Assembly (NCBI RefSeq): GCF_001194135.2
Contig: NC_068983.1
Coordinates: forward strand, 121,281,290 to 121,345,289
Direction of reading: 5' to 3'
DNA: 64,000 nt
Source of the DNA: Octopus bimaculoides
Lineage: Eukaryota
Numbering within the stretch: position 1 is the first letter of the stretch; each line of letters starts with the position of its first letter. A program made the translations under genes and the position numbers. This document shows, in pieces, positions 1-16,419 of this stretch. The notes under the pieces were generated by a model, which saw nothing but the letters and a program-made list of their open reading frames with translations, had not been told where the DNA came from and searched no databases.

Positions 1-1265
<1,265 letters not shown>

Positions 1266-3677
1266 AAGAGAGAAATGCCTTTAAAATAATATATACATAA
1301 CAGAAATATGTTTAAATATGGCTTATAAGAAGTATGTGGCCATAGAGAAGAAATTTATGAATAGATTATTGAGTCTAAAATAATACTAGGACCAACAAAT
1401 AATAATACAATGCCATTATAAATGTAGAATATTATCACCAACAAATCTTGCTTTACATTTGAAGAATGAGGGATACAAAAGAGATGGTAATCCATTTGAG
1501 AGATGAAGCTTTAAACAATCTTAATCTGAGACATAATTTGATTTTATTTCTTGTATTCTTCTGTTCTTTAAAAGATGACTTAGAGAGGTGGGTAATATTC
1601 TTAAATATTTGCTTTCAAGTGAAAGTTTTCCATTAGGATATGTTGTCTTAATACTTGTTTCTAAAAGATTAATCACTTAACAGTGAAATGGGTAGTAGTG
1701 TTAATTCGAGGTATATGGTCTTGTGGGCTTTGTCTCCTGACACTAAACTCAGAATGTTTATTTTATCTGCCATTGAGTATGTGTACTTGGGTTCAGTAAT
1801 GGACCAAAAAATATATACAATCTGGCCGATATCATTCATGCTTGCATGCGTGATGTATGTGTGTGCGCTTCAAAAGTTGAAGTTGAGAAAAGAAAAAAAA
1901 AGGTGGTGGGGGATGGGAATTGCAGCTGAATGAAGGGGAAGAAACATAGCTAAAGGGCAATGGATGATAACTGACCCATACCGTGGAGCTGATACACTTC
2001 ATCGCTTGAATAAATGTAAAGAGTGGCAAACTGGCTGTGTGGAAAGAAAAGACAATATATCATGTAACTAAACCAATGGGATCATCCAGCAGGACATGAA
2101 ATGACCCAATTTAAAGAGCAGTTAATATATCATACAGTGATCAAGTTCATTTTACTACTACTACCCCCACCACCCACCACCACTTTAGTTGATTGCTTGG
2201 ATGTCTTAAGCAGGGTCTATTCTGTCGCAAGCATCTGCACCAGGTTTCTAGGTAACACTAAATTGTGATATCTTCTACCCTTTCTGTATGGAGTCATGGA
2301 GGATTTATAAAAGGATAAAAGGAAATGGGTGTTGCTGTTCTTCTGCTGACTAGACAATAAACAGAGATAAATCAAACCTCTGAATCACATGGTCAAATGT
2401 AAAGAGTAACTGACATATCACTTGACCAACACTCATATCATAGTTGTAGTATCATTATAATTATGATATTTAAATTGTTTTTCACCAATGGAGTGTCTAA
2501 TTCATTGAAAGTGACTGGGTTTTGCTTAGTAAAAAAAGAGAAAACCTTACTAGCTCACATGAACTTCCTTGACAAAAAACATTTAAATGTTACTGAATAT
2601 GTCCAGTTATTTTGGTGGATGAAAACATCATGAATTGTTTCTCTTTTAAGCCTTTTGATACCCACCCACCTGAGGCCACACCTAGTTCTATAATACAAAC
2701 TTCCTGTTTAAAGTGATCTAAATTAAAAACCTTCCATCAAAATTTCATGTTCATTTATGTTTCAAACACCAGCTTAATAATGATTAAGATATTTTACTAA
2801 GTTCTTCATTATTTTAAAAATCAGTTGAAATAACAGTAGTGTATTTCAATAGAAATATGGAAACAAGAGTTAAAGTTCATTTTTCCTGTACACCCATTGT
2901 TTATACATTAACTTTCAATTAAATTCACTAATACTATAAGTAATTGTCTATGGCCTAAAAGTCTTGAAATCACTTTGAATGAAATTCCCTGCTGAAAAAC
3001 ATTTGTTGTTGAATGTGTTCTATTTGTTGGATGAAGGTATCATTATTTGCTTCTCATTTTTAATTTCAAGTTTCCTGTACACTTATTGTTTATACATAAT
3101 TTTGAAAAAATCTTAACTCTAATTTAAATTTACTAATAATTTCAATTAATTGTCCATGGGCTGTACCATTGAGATAGATAAGAATATCAAAACTTGTGTC
3201 TACTGTTGATGAGGAAAAGAAACAACACCATAGAATACTTAATTATGAACTGCATTTGAACCTTCACTCTATGCTTTTCAGTGAAGATTGATGAAAAAAA
3301 AAAAAGAATATTTTTTTATATATACAATAAATAGTGCACCAACTGGATTCAAACTTTCATGTTTTGTATTGAACAATAAATAATAACTCCTCACTTCTAA
3401 AAAAAGAAGTGTTGAACTACTTTACTAGATGAAAATTAGCAGGCGATGGGGAATGGCATGATATGTGAACAATATGAAACACACTGTATTTATTGGTATA
3501 TATTGGTATATATTGGTATATATATGTGAACAATATGAAACACTGTATTTATTGGTATATATTAGGAAAGTAAGAGAAAATAGCCTCGGTCATTGATATT
3601 AGAAGTAAATCTCCATAATCAAGTATATTAAACAGACAATATAAATCTCTTGGTTTTTAATAATAATAATAATAATA

Positions 3678-3709
<32 letters not shown>

Positions 3710-3800
3710 ATAGGGCAATGAGCCCAAAAAGAAGACAACATGGGAAGGATAGGTTTCAGTAAATGTTATAAGAAGAAAGAGTTATGACATTTTGGATGAT

Positions 3801-4275
3801 NNNNNNNNNNNNNNNNNNNNNNNNNNNNNNNNNNNNNNNNNNNNNNNNNNNNNNNNNNNNNNNNNNNNNNNNNNNNNNNNNNNNNNNNNNNNNNNNNNNN
3901 NNNNNNNNNNNNNNNNNNNNNNNNNNNNNNNNNNNNNNNNNNNNNNNNNNNNNNNNNNNNNNNNNNNNNNNNNNNNNNNNNNNNNNNNNNNNNNNNNNNN
4001 NNNNNNNNNNNNNNNNNNNNNNNNNNNNNNNNNNNNNNNNNNNNNNNNNNNNNNNNNNNNNNNNNNNNNNNNNNNNNNNNNNNNNNNNNNNNNNNNNNNN
4101 NNNNNNNNNNNNNNNNNNNNNNNNNNNNNNNNNNNNNNNNNNNNNNNNNNNNNNNNNNNNNNNNNNNNNNNNNNNNNNNNNNNNNNNNNNNNNNNNNNNN
4201 NNNNNNNNNNNNNNNNNNNNNNNNNNNNNNNNNNNNNNNNNNNNNNNNNNNNNNNNNNNNNNNNNNNNNNNNNNN
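3801..4275. other. Assembly gap
   Basis: N run. Other gaps at 8561-8960, 9545-9644, 16788-16965 and 30922-31013, plus several 10-N gaps. Confidence 0.99.
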
Positions 4276-5552
4276 TTCTTTTTTTTTCTTTTGAAGTAAT
4301 TATTATTATTATTCACCATAATTTTTTTTCTCTCTTTCTGAAACTGAAAAAAAAAAAATAATAAGTGAGGTCAACAAATAGGGAAAAAATAAAAGCTTTG
4401 AAGAAATAGGAGTTAGTGTGTGTAGTAGATGGGTCTTTCTGGAGGGTAACAATAATAAGGTGATGATAAGGTAATGGGATAGAGTTATGCTGCAGTGGAA
4501 GGGAGAGCTGACAACAACAATGGAAGTTAGTCCACAATATTAACAAACAACCATGACTTCTTTCTTTTTTTTTTTTTAACTTTTATTTTATAAAATTTAT
4601 ATAGGCATGAAGATTTTAATACAAGTCAAAGGAAGATAAGCTGGGATTGGGGAGGAGTGGAAGGAAGTATCTGAAGAGGAAAAATAGGGATTTGTGAAAT
4701 TCATGCATTTCTTAAGGGTCTTAGTGATGTAAGTTGATTTAATACCATTCTGCATCAGAATTGAAATCTACCCATCTTTATCAGTTTCAAGTCTCAGTCC
4801 TTTCAGACAAAAACTGACACACTACATTTCTACAATGTTTGTCATACTGTAGAACCCTGATTAATAGCACTTAGATTTACACATCCTTGTATTATTTAGA
4901 ATGAGAGAATGGTAAAAGGGAGGGTTGTGTGTGTGTGTTGGGGGGAGAGGAGTGTGAGATTATCTTGACATTCATACCTTTCCAACTGTACAGAGGAATA
5001 GTGTTGAAATGAGAAACAGTTCTAACTAGGAATTGAAACTAGTTTCAAATCTACATCAGTATATCTGGCATGATGCATAAGCCATTGATCATATTTGTGC
5101 TGTTAATTGCTTTGTCAAGATGGACACTTCTCACACTCCCTAGTAACCTAAAGTGGTGCAACAACTGCAGTTGAGAATTGAAACCATGATGCTGGTACAA
5201 TTCATCATGAAATGACCATCACTATTATTACTGAAACCACTACCACAACAACAACAACATTATCAATGGGAGTCATGTCCCATTTGAAGAGGAAAAAGAG
5301 CTGCCTGGATTTAGTTGATAGTCAACAGCTGGACAATTTGTCCCTTTCTCAACTGTGGACAGTAAACAGTGAGAATCATAAAACAAAGAACACTATTCAT
5401 TTAATTATTTTTGTGGATTTCTCTTAAAAATTTTGGTGTATACATATTTCTACACAACGGTAAGTGTCAAGTGCTTCTACATGTACTTAATGTGTGGACT
5501 CTCACATAGATATATACATACAAAAGCATGAATACATACACTATATATACAA

Positions 5553-5600
<48 letters not shown>

Positions 5601-5832
5601 ATATGTGTATGTTTGTATGTATTAAGTAATTTACTAAGTGATGTATTTGTGCAATGTGGGATTAAAGACTTGGTGAAAATCCAAAGAAAAGAGTCAAAGA
5701 AACATTGTCATCAGCATGACACAAACATAGTTGGTAGTTACAGCCATAAAAATACTTTAAAAATCTTTATACATACAGACATACAAACACATGCACACAT
5801 ATATGTATATGTGTGTGTGTGCATACATAAAT

Positions 5833-5865
<33 letters not shown>

Positions 5866-6179
5866 GATATATATATGATCTGTTTACCATGCTAGCATGG
5901 GTGGGATATTTTTTGCAAATTTTTATATTTGCATATAAAGTATTCAAATAAGGCATTTTGCAATTGGATGCCTTAACCTGTTGCTATATAGTCAACTTTG
6001 AGAAACGATTTAGCACCTATTTACAATTAAGCCTACAAAATCTCCTCTCTGCCTCTCTCTCTCTCACACATACATACACGCACTGTCTCTCTCTTTCTCA
6101 CACACACATGCATATGCATTAAGTTGTAAAAATGAGAGCACTCAATACATAGAGTAGAATATATATTTCTTGTTCATTT

Positions 6180-6222
<43 letters not shown>

Positions 6223-6232
6223 NNNNNNNNNN

Positions 6233-6274
<42 letters not shown>

Positions 6275-7499
6275 CACATACATGCACACAGATATGCATA
6301 CATATGTCAGGATTCTTCACTGTTTCTGTCTTTAAAATTCTCTAAAAAGATATTAGTCAGCCAGGGACTTTAGAAGAAACTTGCCCACTATGTCATACAC
6401 TGAGACTGGATCTGAAGCCTCTTGGTTGTAATGCAAACTTCTAAACCATGTAACCATGCCTGTGCTTTTATATAAACACACACACATTGCTCTTCCTTCT
6501 TTTACTGATTTCTGTTACTGCACAGCAGTTGTGTGCCAAGGGTACCACTTTGAATGTTTCAATCTTATTTCCATTCTACCACTTATTCTAGAATCTCTAT
6601 TTGTTGAACAATCAAATTAACTCTTTTGATACTAATTGGCACTTTGTCAGTTACATCGATGAGGGTTACGGCTGATCGATCCAACCAATGGACTAGCCTG
6701 CTTGTGAAATTAATGTGCAAGTGGCTGATCACTCCACAAATGTAGTTCTCAGGGAGATTTAGCATGACACACAATACAACAAAACTAGCACTTTGAAATA
6801 CAGGTATTACTAATTTTTGCCAGCTGAGTGGACTGGAGCAATGTGAAATAAAAGTGTCTTGCTCAAGGACACAATGCACCACCAGAAATAAGATTCATGA
6901 CCTAATGATCATGAACTGAATACCCTAACCACTAAGCCACAGACCTTCACATATTGATACTAACCTGCCTGAGACCATTCTTTAGCATTTAAACCAACTA
7001 TATCTAGCCTAAGTATTCTACCTGTTTTATGTTCAAACTGGGCCAGATCTGAAATGTCACACCTACCTTACAATGTCATTCTAAGAATAAACAATCACAT
7101 CACCAAAATCTTAATGCTACAAGATAACGCATAATTTATTCAAAATAATGTGAATGAATAAGTGCAACATTTGAAAGAGTAATACAGGTGTTAAAGGGTT
7201 AATTGTATCTCAAACATCTGGTTTAAAATTCATCTAAATTAAAACCTTCATTCAAAATTTGGTGTTAATTTGAATTTTAAAACATCAACTTAATGACAAA
7301 GATATTTTATTACTGAATTCTTCCTTATTTTCAAAATTAATTCCAGTCAAAGAAGTGTATTTCAACAGAAATATTGTCATGAAAAGGTTAAGGATAAACT
7401 GCCCTAGTTTCCAGACCATAAACACATGTGTGAAAACTTAGATATGTTCTTTCTTTTAAATGATTTTTAACTGATTAATCATTTCCCATGAATGTACCT

Positions 7500-7980
7500 A
7501 AAAAGAATGGAAGTGATACAGACTAAGAATGTATATAGAAATAAGGGTCAGTGTTGCAATGGCTAGATTGGTGTTGTATGGAGCAGTGTCTTGGTATAAT
7601 GATAAAGCAATACCCAGAGGCTTTTGCCGTTTTGAGAACAAAACAGTATGGAGAACTATAGGCATCAGGCAGCAAGACTGTAAGATTTAAAAAAATAAAT
7701 GACATATGTCATCTATATCAACAAGTGGCTTATGAGAAACTGTTGAAGATGGGTTAGAACACATTCCATGAATTCAGCCAGGTGGAGCCTGATGGGAAAC
7801 AATGCAATGAAGGCTAGAAGAAACAAAGGAAAAAAAAGGAAGACTAAACCTTAGATGGCAGATGACAATATAGAGAGAAATTGAGAACAAAATGAGCATG
7901 TGGTCAAAGTTAAAAATCTGGACAGTAAAAGCAAGAAAACCTGGAAGCAACTTGCATTGCATGGCGTTGGCATTAGCAGG
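7500..7980 (+). mobile_element. Highly decayed RTE-type LINE fragment
   Basis: LVLYGAVSW...FENKTVWRTIG (LLYGAETW..FE.K.LR.I-like), followed by an R..RW..W-like region; many stops. Confidence 0.5.
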
Positions 7981-8056
7981 TGTAGGAAGCTAAACAACCA
8001 TTTCTATGTAAAAGTTTAATATATATATATCTACAAACATATATACATATACATTC

Positions 8057-8102
<46 letters not shown>

Positions 8103-8118
8103 NNNNNNNNNNTATATA

Positions 8119-8151
<33 letters not shown>

Positions 8152-8423
8152 TTATATATTTACATGCACACACATTATATATACATACATATCAAATATA
8201 TATATATAAAAACACACACATATAAATATATATATATATACACACACACATATATATATATATACACATACATATTATATATATATACACATACATATTA
8301 TATATATACATACATATACATATTATATATATACATACATATACATATTATATATATACATACATATATATATCTACATACATATACATATTATATATAT
8401 ACATACATATATATATATATATC

Positions 8424-8454
<31 letters not shown>

Positions 8455-9009
8455 TATTATATGTGTGGCTGTGCAGTAAGAAGCTTCCTTCCAATTCACA
8501 TGGTTCTGGATTTAGTCCCACTGTGTGGAACCTCGGGCAAGTGTCTTCTACTAAAGCCTCNNNNNNNNNNNNNNNNNNNNNNNNNNNNNNNNNNNNNNNN
8601 NNNNNNNNNNNNNNNNNNNNNNNNNNNNNNNNNNNNNNNNNNNNNNNNNNNNNNNNNNNNNNNNNNNNNNNNNNNNNNNNNNNNNNNNNNNNNNNNNNNN
8701 NNNNNNNNNNNNNNNNNNNNNNNNNNNNNNNNNNNNNNNNNNNNNNNNNNNNNNNNNNNNNNNNNNNNNNNNNNNNNNNNNNNNNNNNNNNNNNNNNNNN
8801 NNNNNNNNNNNNNNNNNNNNNNNNNNNNNNNNNNNNNNNNNNNNNNNNNNNNNNNNNNNNNNNNNNNNNNNNNNNNNNNNNNNNNNNNNNNNNNNNNNNN
8901 NNNNNNNNNNNNNNNNNNNNNNNNNNNNNNNNNNNNNNNNNNNNNNNNNNNNNNNNNNNNNATATATATATATATATATATATATATAGATAAACACACA
9001 CACACACAC

Positions 9010-9060
<51 letters not shown>

Positions 9061-12000
9061 AAGACAGCACAAATAGCATCTAAAATTTGCAACAGCTGTT
9101 TCAGTAAAATTCTATTGATCTATTTACAGATTACCTGTTTGAAATTTTTCCCGAAGGCTGTGAGTTATATGTTATGATGTAATCTATGAATATGTCAATA
9201 AAATTCTACTGATAAAGCTGTCTTAAATTTTAAACACCATGTGTATTCTATTTTATGCCGGAACCACAAATGGAACCAACCCCACAGTTGGATCTAGGGT
9301 CTAAATTAAATTTGGTACTTACGTATCTACAGTATCCTACAAACACTTGATACTTTCCTTGTTGTTTATCTTACTGTAAATTCTATGTAACCATACTTAG
9401 CCATTCTAAGTGTTGATATTATTTGATTCTATTCCATCCTTATAAATATTTCACACACACATATATATATATATATATGTTAAACTAATAATTATATATA
9501 TATATATAATTATTTTAAGTGACAAAGTCAAAACAAGACTTATCNNNNNNNNNNNNNNNNNNNNNNNNNNNNNNNNNNNNNNNNNNNNNNNNNNNNNNNN
9601 NNNNNNNNNNNNNNNNNNNNNNNNNNNNNNNNNNNNNNNNNNNNTTAAATAATTGTTAAAATTTCATGACTAACTTACTTTTTGCTGGGGGTTTGTTTTT
9701 TGTTCCCCCCACCCTACCTGCCCCCATTTTCCACCCTCAAAAATTCTTTCTAGAAAACAAAGTGTTTTTCATCTTTAGTTTTCTCCCTCCCTGAAAATAT
9801 GAAAACATTATAAAACCAAACTAAAAGTAGAGTTTTTCAGAGTTTGAAAATTCTGAAATAGATCTTCTGAGTAGTTTTTAAAACATTTTTATTTCCTTAA
9901 CTTTTTAGGAGTTTCTACTTCAATATTTTATTATCTTTATCTACATATCTCTCCTATCATCTACTCTCATCCCTTTCTTCTTTCACCCACTTCCCTTTCT
10001 ACTTATCATAAATCACTAGAAATTATTTAGTATGTTCCTTTGAAATACCAGAAAAGAAGAAATCAAAATTTGGTTTTTCTAATTTCTTCTAACTGCAAGT
10101 CTGACTCATCTTTTACTAACAAGTGTTTCAGTTGCAGTCACTGTTAAAGATCATATCTCATTTTACCTAACAACAAATTAGCTAGAACAAGAAAACAGAA
10201 AGAAACCTGTTGCTAAGATTCCTTTTTTATAGCATTGAATTACAGATTCATATTACTTTTCTTTCTGCTGAAATTAAAATGGAATGAAATAAACAGTGGT
10301 ATTTTACATAGTTAGGAAGGACTATTTGGAGCAGTTGATAATTGTTGAAGTTCTCAAGCTTGAAATCAGCAAGTTAAGATCTTAAAGAAAAAGTTACAAA
10401 TAGGTATCACTCGTAATGAAGAACACATTAACAGCTCACTTATTTACCTGTCAAATAATGGAATTAACTTGCATCTAAGATTGCTAAGTTTCTAGGTTTG
10501 GGCAGTATCAAAAATATTTTAGTTTGAATAATCTCCCAATCTGCTGACATTTTGTACGGAAACTATTTATGTAACTACTCTGAATATTATCAAATGAATT
10601 GGATAATTGTATAAGGTGGTATTTAATTAAAGGCATCTTCTATTTACCTTCAATTTGAATTCCAAAAGCTGAAGGTTTTTTTTTTTTTTCCACATTTAAT
10701 TTGCTCTGGATTCCTCATCTTATTAATTGCTGACTGTTTTTTTTTTTTTTTTTTTTTTTTTTATTCTTCAAAAACTATATATATATTTTTTCAACTTCAT
10801 TTATTTTAATGTACTCATTTCTGAAATGAAACATGAAATTGATGTTCATCATCTGAACAAGTATTCCAGCTTTTACAGCTTCTATCTCATAATATCCTTA
10901 CTTTCATTCTCTCCTTCCTTGACTCCTCTATACATTCCTATTTAAATCCAGCAGCTACCTACATGTTTATCCATACCTCACCACCTACATTCATTATCTT
11001 CATTATGTGATATGTCATTATTAACATTTCCCCTTGATCTCTCTCACTCTTCATCTCTCAGCTGCCATATTCTCCTTCCTCTTTATTTTTCTATTAAGCA
11101 GTCAGATTGAGTTGCACAACGCAATGGAAAGAATATAATCTTTTGCCTTCCCATTTTCTACTGAACCCTTTGTTCTGAACTTGAAATGAGTGAAAAAAAA
11201 AATATCCCTTTGTTTACAGCAATGAATCATGAGGACACAGGACAGAAGAATGCAAAGTCAAATCCTTTTGGCTTTTACTGTTACTTAAAAATAATAACAA
11301 CCTTCAATAATAAATCAAATGCAATAAAATCCTTCTTTTTGGAGAATTCATAAGATTCACACATGAGAAGATCTATCTATACACCTGTAATCTTAGATTT
11401 CTCAAATGAAGGTAAAACACGGGTTTGCTGAGAGATTGTGAAAAAAAATTATTTGTTATTTTTATTTTTTATTAAACTTTTTTCTCTTCTGAATCAATAG
11501 ATCAGAGATATATAAGAAAATGTGGCTTATGTAAACATCAGCTGCCTTCTTTAGACAAGGACTGTGACTACAAATATTAGACCACTTCAGTTATGTTCAC
11601 TTTAGTGTTAAATTAGACAATAGACACGGTTTGCTTTGTTACTATGTATTATGCATTTTCCGCTTGTTTTTTTTTTATTTATTTTTTTTTAGTCATTTCA
11701 TTGATGACAAAAGCAATAAGTACATACTCAAAGTTTATCACAACAAATATCACCTTAATTAAACCTGTATTTTATAATGTACTAAAGCGGAGTTCTATTT
11801 GTTGACACAACAGAAATATGTAAGTGTTGCTGGGAAAGCAAAACAAACCAGAAAGAGAAAAAAAATGTAAGAAATATATAGATTTACTTTTGGGTATATT
11901 TTTACATAGATTTTAAATATATCTTTCAAAGGATATCAATATATGATATTTCTAAATCCCATTTCAGATTTTATGATGTCCCATTCTTTCTTTAAACACT

Positions 12001-12984
12001 ATTCATTTCATAATATAGATACCTTGCTGCATTAATGTTAATTATAAATTACTCATATTCACACGCGCGCGTGCGCGATAATATATTTATATTCACTTCA
12101 CCAAATGTTCTGTTATTTTTTATGTGTATGTCTCGCACAATTTCATTTCTTACCCCAATACAAAATACAATGTCGATAAATAAGTTACTTCATCAACACA
12201 GCCAGCAAAATTATTGTAGCTCTAATTAATTACACTTGTAGTGTAATTACAGGTATTAAAAAAGACAAATGAAACAATATTTTTCCTATACAGAATTGCC
12301 TTTATGATAATAACTGTTATACTGTTGTGAAGATCTTTTTACGTTTTCTTCTTTTGTTTTTGTATGTTTAACACTTTGCTTCTTGTACGAAGCAATAACT
12401 ATACAGATTCGTAGTCGATTATCAGGTGTATGAAAACCCACAGCGAAATTTAAATATATAAACGAAAATACATTAAGTTATCTCCCTTATATAAATTATA
12501 GTAGCCTCCCTTGAACAGTTTTATTAGTTCTGTCTTTTATTCACACTTTTATAAAATGCATAATAGCTAGGTTATTATTGCTTAACAGATTTAATATTGC
12601 TTCGGACTCAGTTATAGGGAAACTTAACTCTGTTATATCAGGTTTGTCTGAAATGAATTTTTACATATGTGATGTTAATGTGTAATATGTCAACAAACAA
12701 AGTTTTCAACTAAATAAAGCGAAGACCTACTTGGAATAGACATAACTCATTTTACCAAAGATGTGAAAATTCTTCTTGAAGCAACACAACTAACCATAAT
12801 GCTTCAGATGCACTGCAAATAAACTGATAGAATTTCCATAAACCATCCAGTGTTGTTGTAATAATCAGGTGTTAAGTAGCCACCACTGCTTTATAATTCA
12901 AATCAACACTTGAGACATTGTAACTGACTTACCCAGTCCCTCAAAAGTGTTAGTCTTCTGTCTAAATTAGAAACAATTATCATT

Positions 12985-13415
12985 ATGAGGGCAACAAGCT
13001 GGCAGAATCGTTATAGTGTAGGAAAGTTACTTTGCAGTATATCATCTAACCCTTTACATCCTGAGTTCAAATCACTCTAAGGTCAACTTTGCCTTTTATC
13101 TTTTCAGAGCCAATAAAATAAAGTACTAGTCTCTACTGGAGTTGTTGATATTTATCTATCTCTTCCCCTTCTAAACTGCTGGTCTTGCATTTAGAAAGCA
13201 TTTGAAAGCAATTAGCTAGCAAAACCATTTGAGTGTCAGAAAACAATGCTTTGCGTTATTTGTTCTGGCTCTATATATTCTGAGTTCAAATCCTGCCAAG
13301 GTCAGCTTTGTCTTTCATCCCTCCAGAATTGATGAAATAAAGTACCAGTGAAAATACTGAGATCTATAGTATTGACTTATCTCCCCACTAAAATTTTTTG
13401 GCCTTGTGCCTAAAT
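12985..13415 (+). mobile_element. Two tandem copies of SINE family D
   Basis: ctgagttcaaat..aaggtcaactttgcctttcatcc..gataaaataagtaccagt core, which resembles from memory the Meta/Sauria-type SINE central domain. Other copies at 120-240, 18931-19137, 20895-21350, 29955-30065, 31300-31600 and 37990-38150. Confidence 0.75.
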
Positions 13416-14935
13416 CAATACTACTACTGCCATGTCACTGAAAACAATTTTGAGGCTTTTAAAATAACAACTAGTTAATACTCTCCAGGTTGTCTTTAAT
13501 TATAATTCCCTGAATATAACTGAGTTTTTCAAAGCTAATAGTAGTTCTTTTATAATCTAATAGAATATGAAGACATTTTAAGAGGTGTCTCGTATCTCAG
13601 CCAATTATATCTAGGAGGTTGTAGAAGGATAATAAGAGGGCGCACCCTTAAGATATCACTGTCATAGGATAATGGACATAAAAAGTAGTCTTTGCATTTT
13701 GTACTGTACTAGTGACCTGAAGTTACAAAAGTAGCTCCCTAACTTTTTATCACTGGGATATATTCTCTCCCAGCAGTTATCATCTTTACAAAACTCTACA
13801 AGAAGGAAGGAAAAGAGAAAAATATTTCAGATTAATAAATTAAAATCTTAATATGTCTGATTGATATAAAAAAACATTGCTATGTGTCCTGTTAAATATA
13901 CTGATTCCCAATAAACACACACTCCCTTATGTAGCAACCAAAACTAAATAAGAGGCAATATAAATCCAACTGCTGAGTGAAATAAAACTGACTGCAAACA
14001 TATTTTACCTGTAAAACATACACTAAAAGCTTTCCTCCTTGTTTAATAAAGATTTTACTATTTTTTTCTTCCATTTTTTAAACATTATTTTCATGTGTAT
14101 CTTTTTATTTTTCTGTTCCATGTTAAGCCTTTTCTTGTCTTGGCTAGACAGGAACAAATTTTGGGTTCCATGTGTCCTAAAAGGACCATATGTGGACTAA
14201 CTTTTCATGTTTAACTGGCATGCAAAGCGTCAATGTGTATTGTCATTTTCTTTTTTTTTTTTTTTGGCATTAAAATTCTTAACTGATAAAAAAAAATTTA
14301 AGATATTTTTCTTCTTTATTTTTTATCTTACATCCTTTACGTGTTTCAGTCATTGAAATGTGGCCATACTGGAGCAGTATCTTAAAGAATTTTAGTCAAA
14401 TTAACCCTACTGCCTATTTTTTTAAAGTTCAGTACTTATTCTATTTCTTTTGCCAAACCACTAACTTATGAGGATGTACACATATCAACACTGGCTGCAA
14501 GGCAGGGTAAGAGGTGGGTACAAACAAACACAAACTCCCTCCTCCTGCCCCCCCCCCCACCAAATACACATATGATGGACTGACTGTCCCATCAAAGACG
14601 ATGTATTAGTATTCAGCTTTTGCCAAACGACCTGCACAAGTGATTCGTTTATAGTGATTAAATGTTTGTGCCACATATTACCTCACTCTCTCCATCGAAT
14701 CGACATTGTCTGAACAGGTGCGCTGTGTGCCACACATCAGGTGTTGAAGTGATCGCAAAGCAACATAAGATATGTGTTTTGTTCATGAACACAATGCACC
14801 ACTAGGAAATGAAATCATGATTTAGCAATTGTGAGTGCAACACCCTAACCACTAAGCCAAGTGCCCTCACACACACACATCTATATATCATCATCATCAT
14901 TTAACATCGACCTTCCATGCTGGCATGAGTGGGAT

Positions 14936-14985
<50 letters not shown>

Positions 14986-15033
14986 AGCAATGTTAAATCT
15001 CTGAACGAGGTATAAACAGTAACTGCATGACAA

Positions 15034-15296
15034 CGTGGAGTATATTTGCCACTTAAATGTGGTTAGACCCTAAGGGTGAATGCTAGTGTTGCTTTTAGCC
15101 CCAGGAGAACATCTCCTCCAGCTGGCTATTGACACACTTTCTCTGCCCTGTCAGTATTTGCAAAGGGAAGTCATCCTTCCCATCGTCAATCTGACATGAT
15201 ATGCACGGACTCAAGTTTCTGGGTATTTACCCTTTGTCAGCAACAGTAGCATTCCCCCTTAGGGTCTAGCCACATTTAAGTGGCAAATATACTTCA

Positions 15297-15298
<2 letters not shown>
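15034..15298. mobile_element. Fold-back element/MITE with 60-bp inverted repeats
   Basis: 15034-15093 versus the reverse complement of 15239-15298: 56 of 60 identical by manual alignment. Confidence 0.8.
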
Positions 15299-15338
<40 letters not shown>

Positions 15339-16377
15339 NNNNNNNNNNCACATACATATACATATATAACAGACTTCTTTTAGTTTCCAACAACTGAATC
15401 CACTCATAAGGCTTCAGTTGGCCCTGGGCCAACTTCTCCAAGGTGCCATGAGTGGAACTGAACCTAAAACCATGTGATTGGGAAGCAAACTTTTTCCTAC
15501 ACAACCATCACAAAATGAAGTAAGGTTGTGGCATATACAATCAGAGAAGTAATGTGTGTACAAAGTGACATGTGCAACACAAGCTGTTGTTATTGTACAG
15601 CTGAGCAACTTTAAGCCAGCTTATTTCAGCATATAGTTGTGACATAGAAGCAAATCCATATATGATTCAGTACAGCAAGTATCAGTCAAGGTATGTAAAT
15701 ACTAAGTATGTTAGTTTAAGTAAAGTGTAGATGTGGCTTAGTGGATAGGGTATTTGGCTTATGATCATAAGTTTGATTCCTGGCAGTACATTATGTCCTT
15801 GAGCAAGACACTTTATTTCATATTGCTCCAGTCCACTCAGCTGGAAAAAAAATGAGTTGTACCTGTAATTTAAAGAGTTAGCCTTGTCATATTCTGTATC
15901 ACACTGAATCTTCATGAGAATTATGTTAAGGGTACATGTGTCTGTGAAGTGCTCAGCCACTTGTAAGTTTGGTAGTTCAGTTGATCGGATCAATTAGAAC
16001 CCTCATTGTCATAACTGAAGTAAATAATATTTCATCAACATTTTACTTATGGCCATAACATTTTTACTGAAAGTTTACAGGTCTCTTGAACCTTGACCTG
16101 TGTGGTTTTCATTTTAAAGACTGTAGCATGTAAAGTGACAGAAAGTCTTTGATAATATGTGAATAAAGAGAATATTTTCTTTACCTGTAGATTTACTCGT
16201 AAAAAATTTAATGATCCAGATTTGAATCAGAATCAGAATTGCTGGTTATACTGAATAGAGGAATAACGAACTTAAAACAACCGATAATCCTTTATCTGTA
16301 AATCTGAAAACCAATATCCTTTTGAGTTCTGGCTATATATAAATGAGAAACCCATTCTAAATTATCTNNNNNNNNNN

Positions 16378-16419
<42 letters not shown>

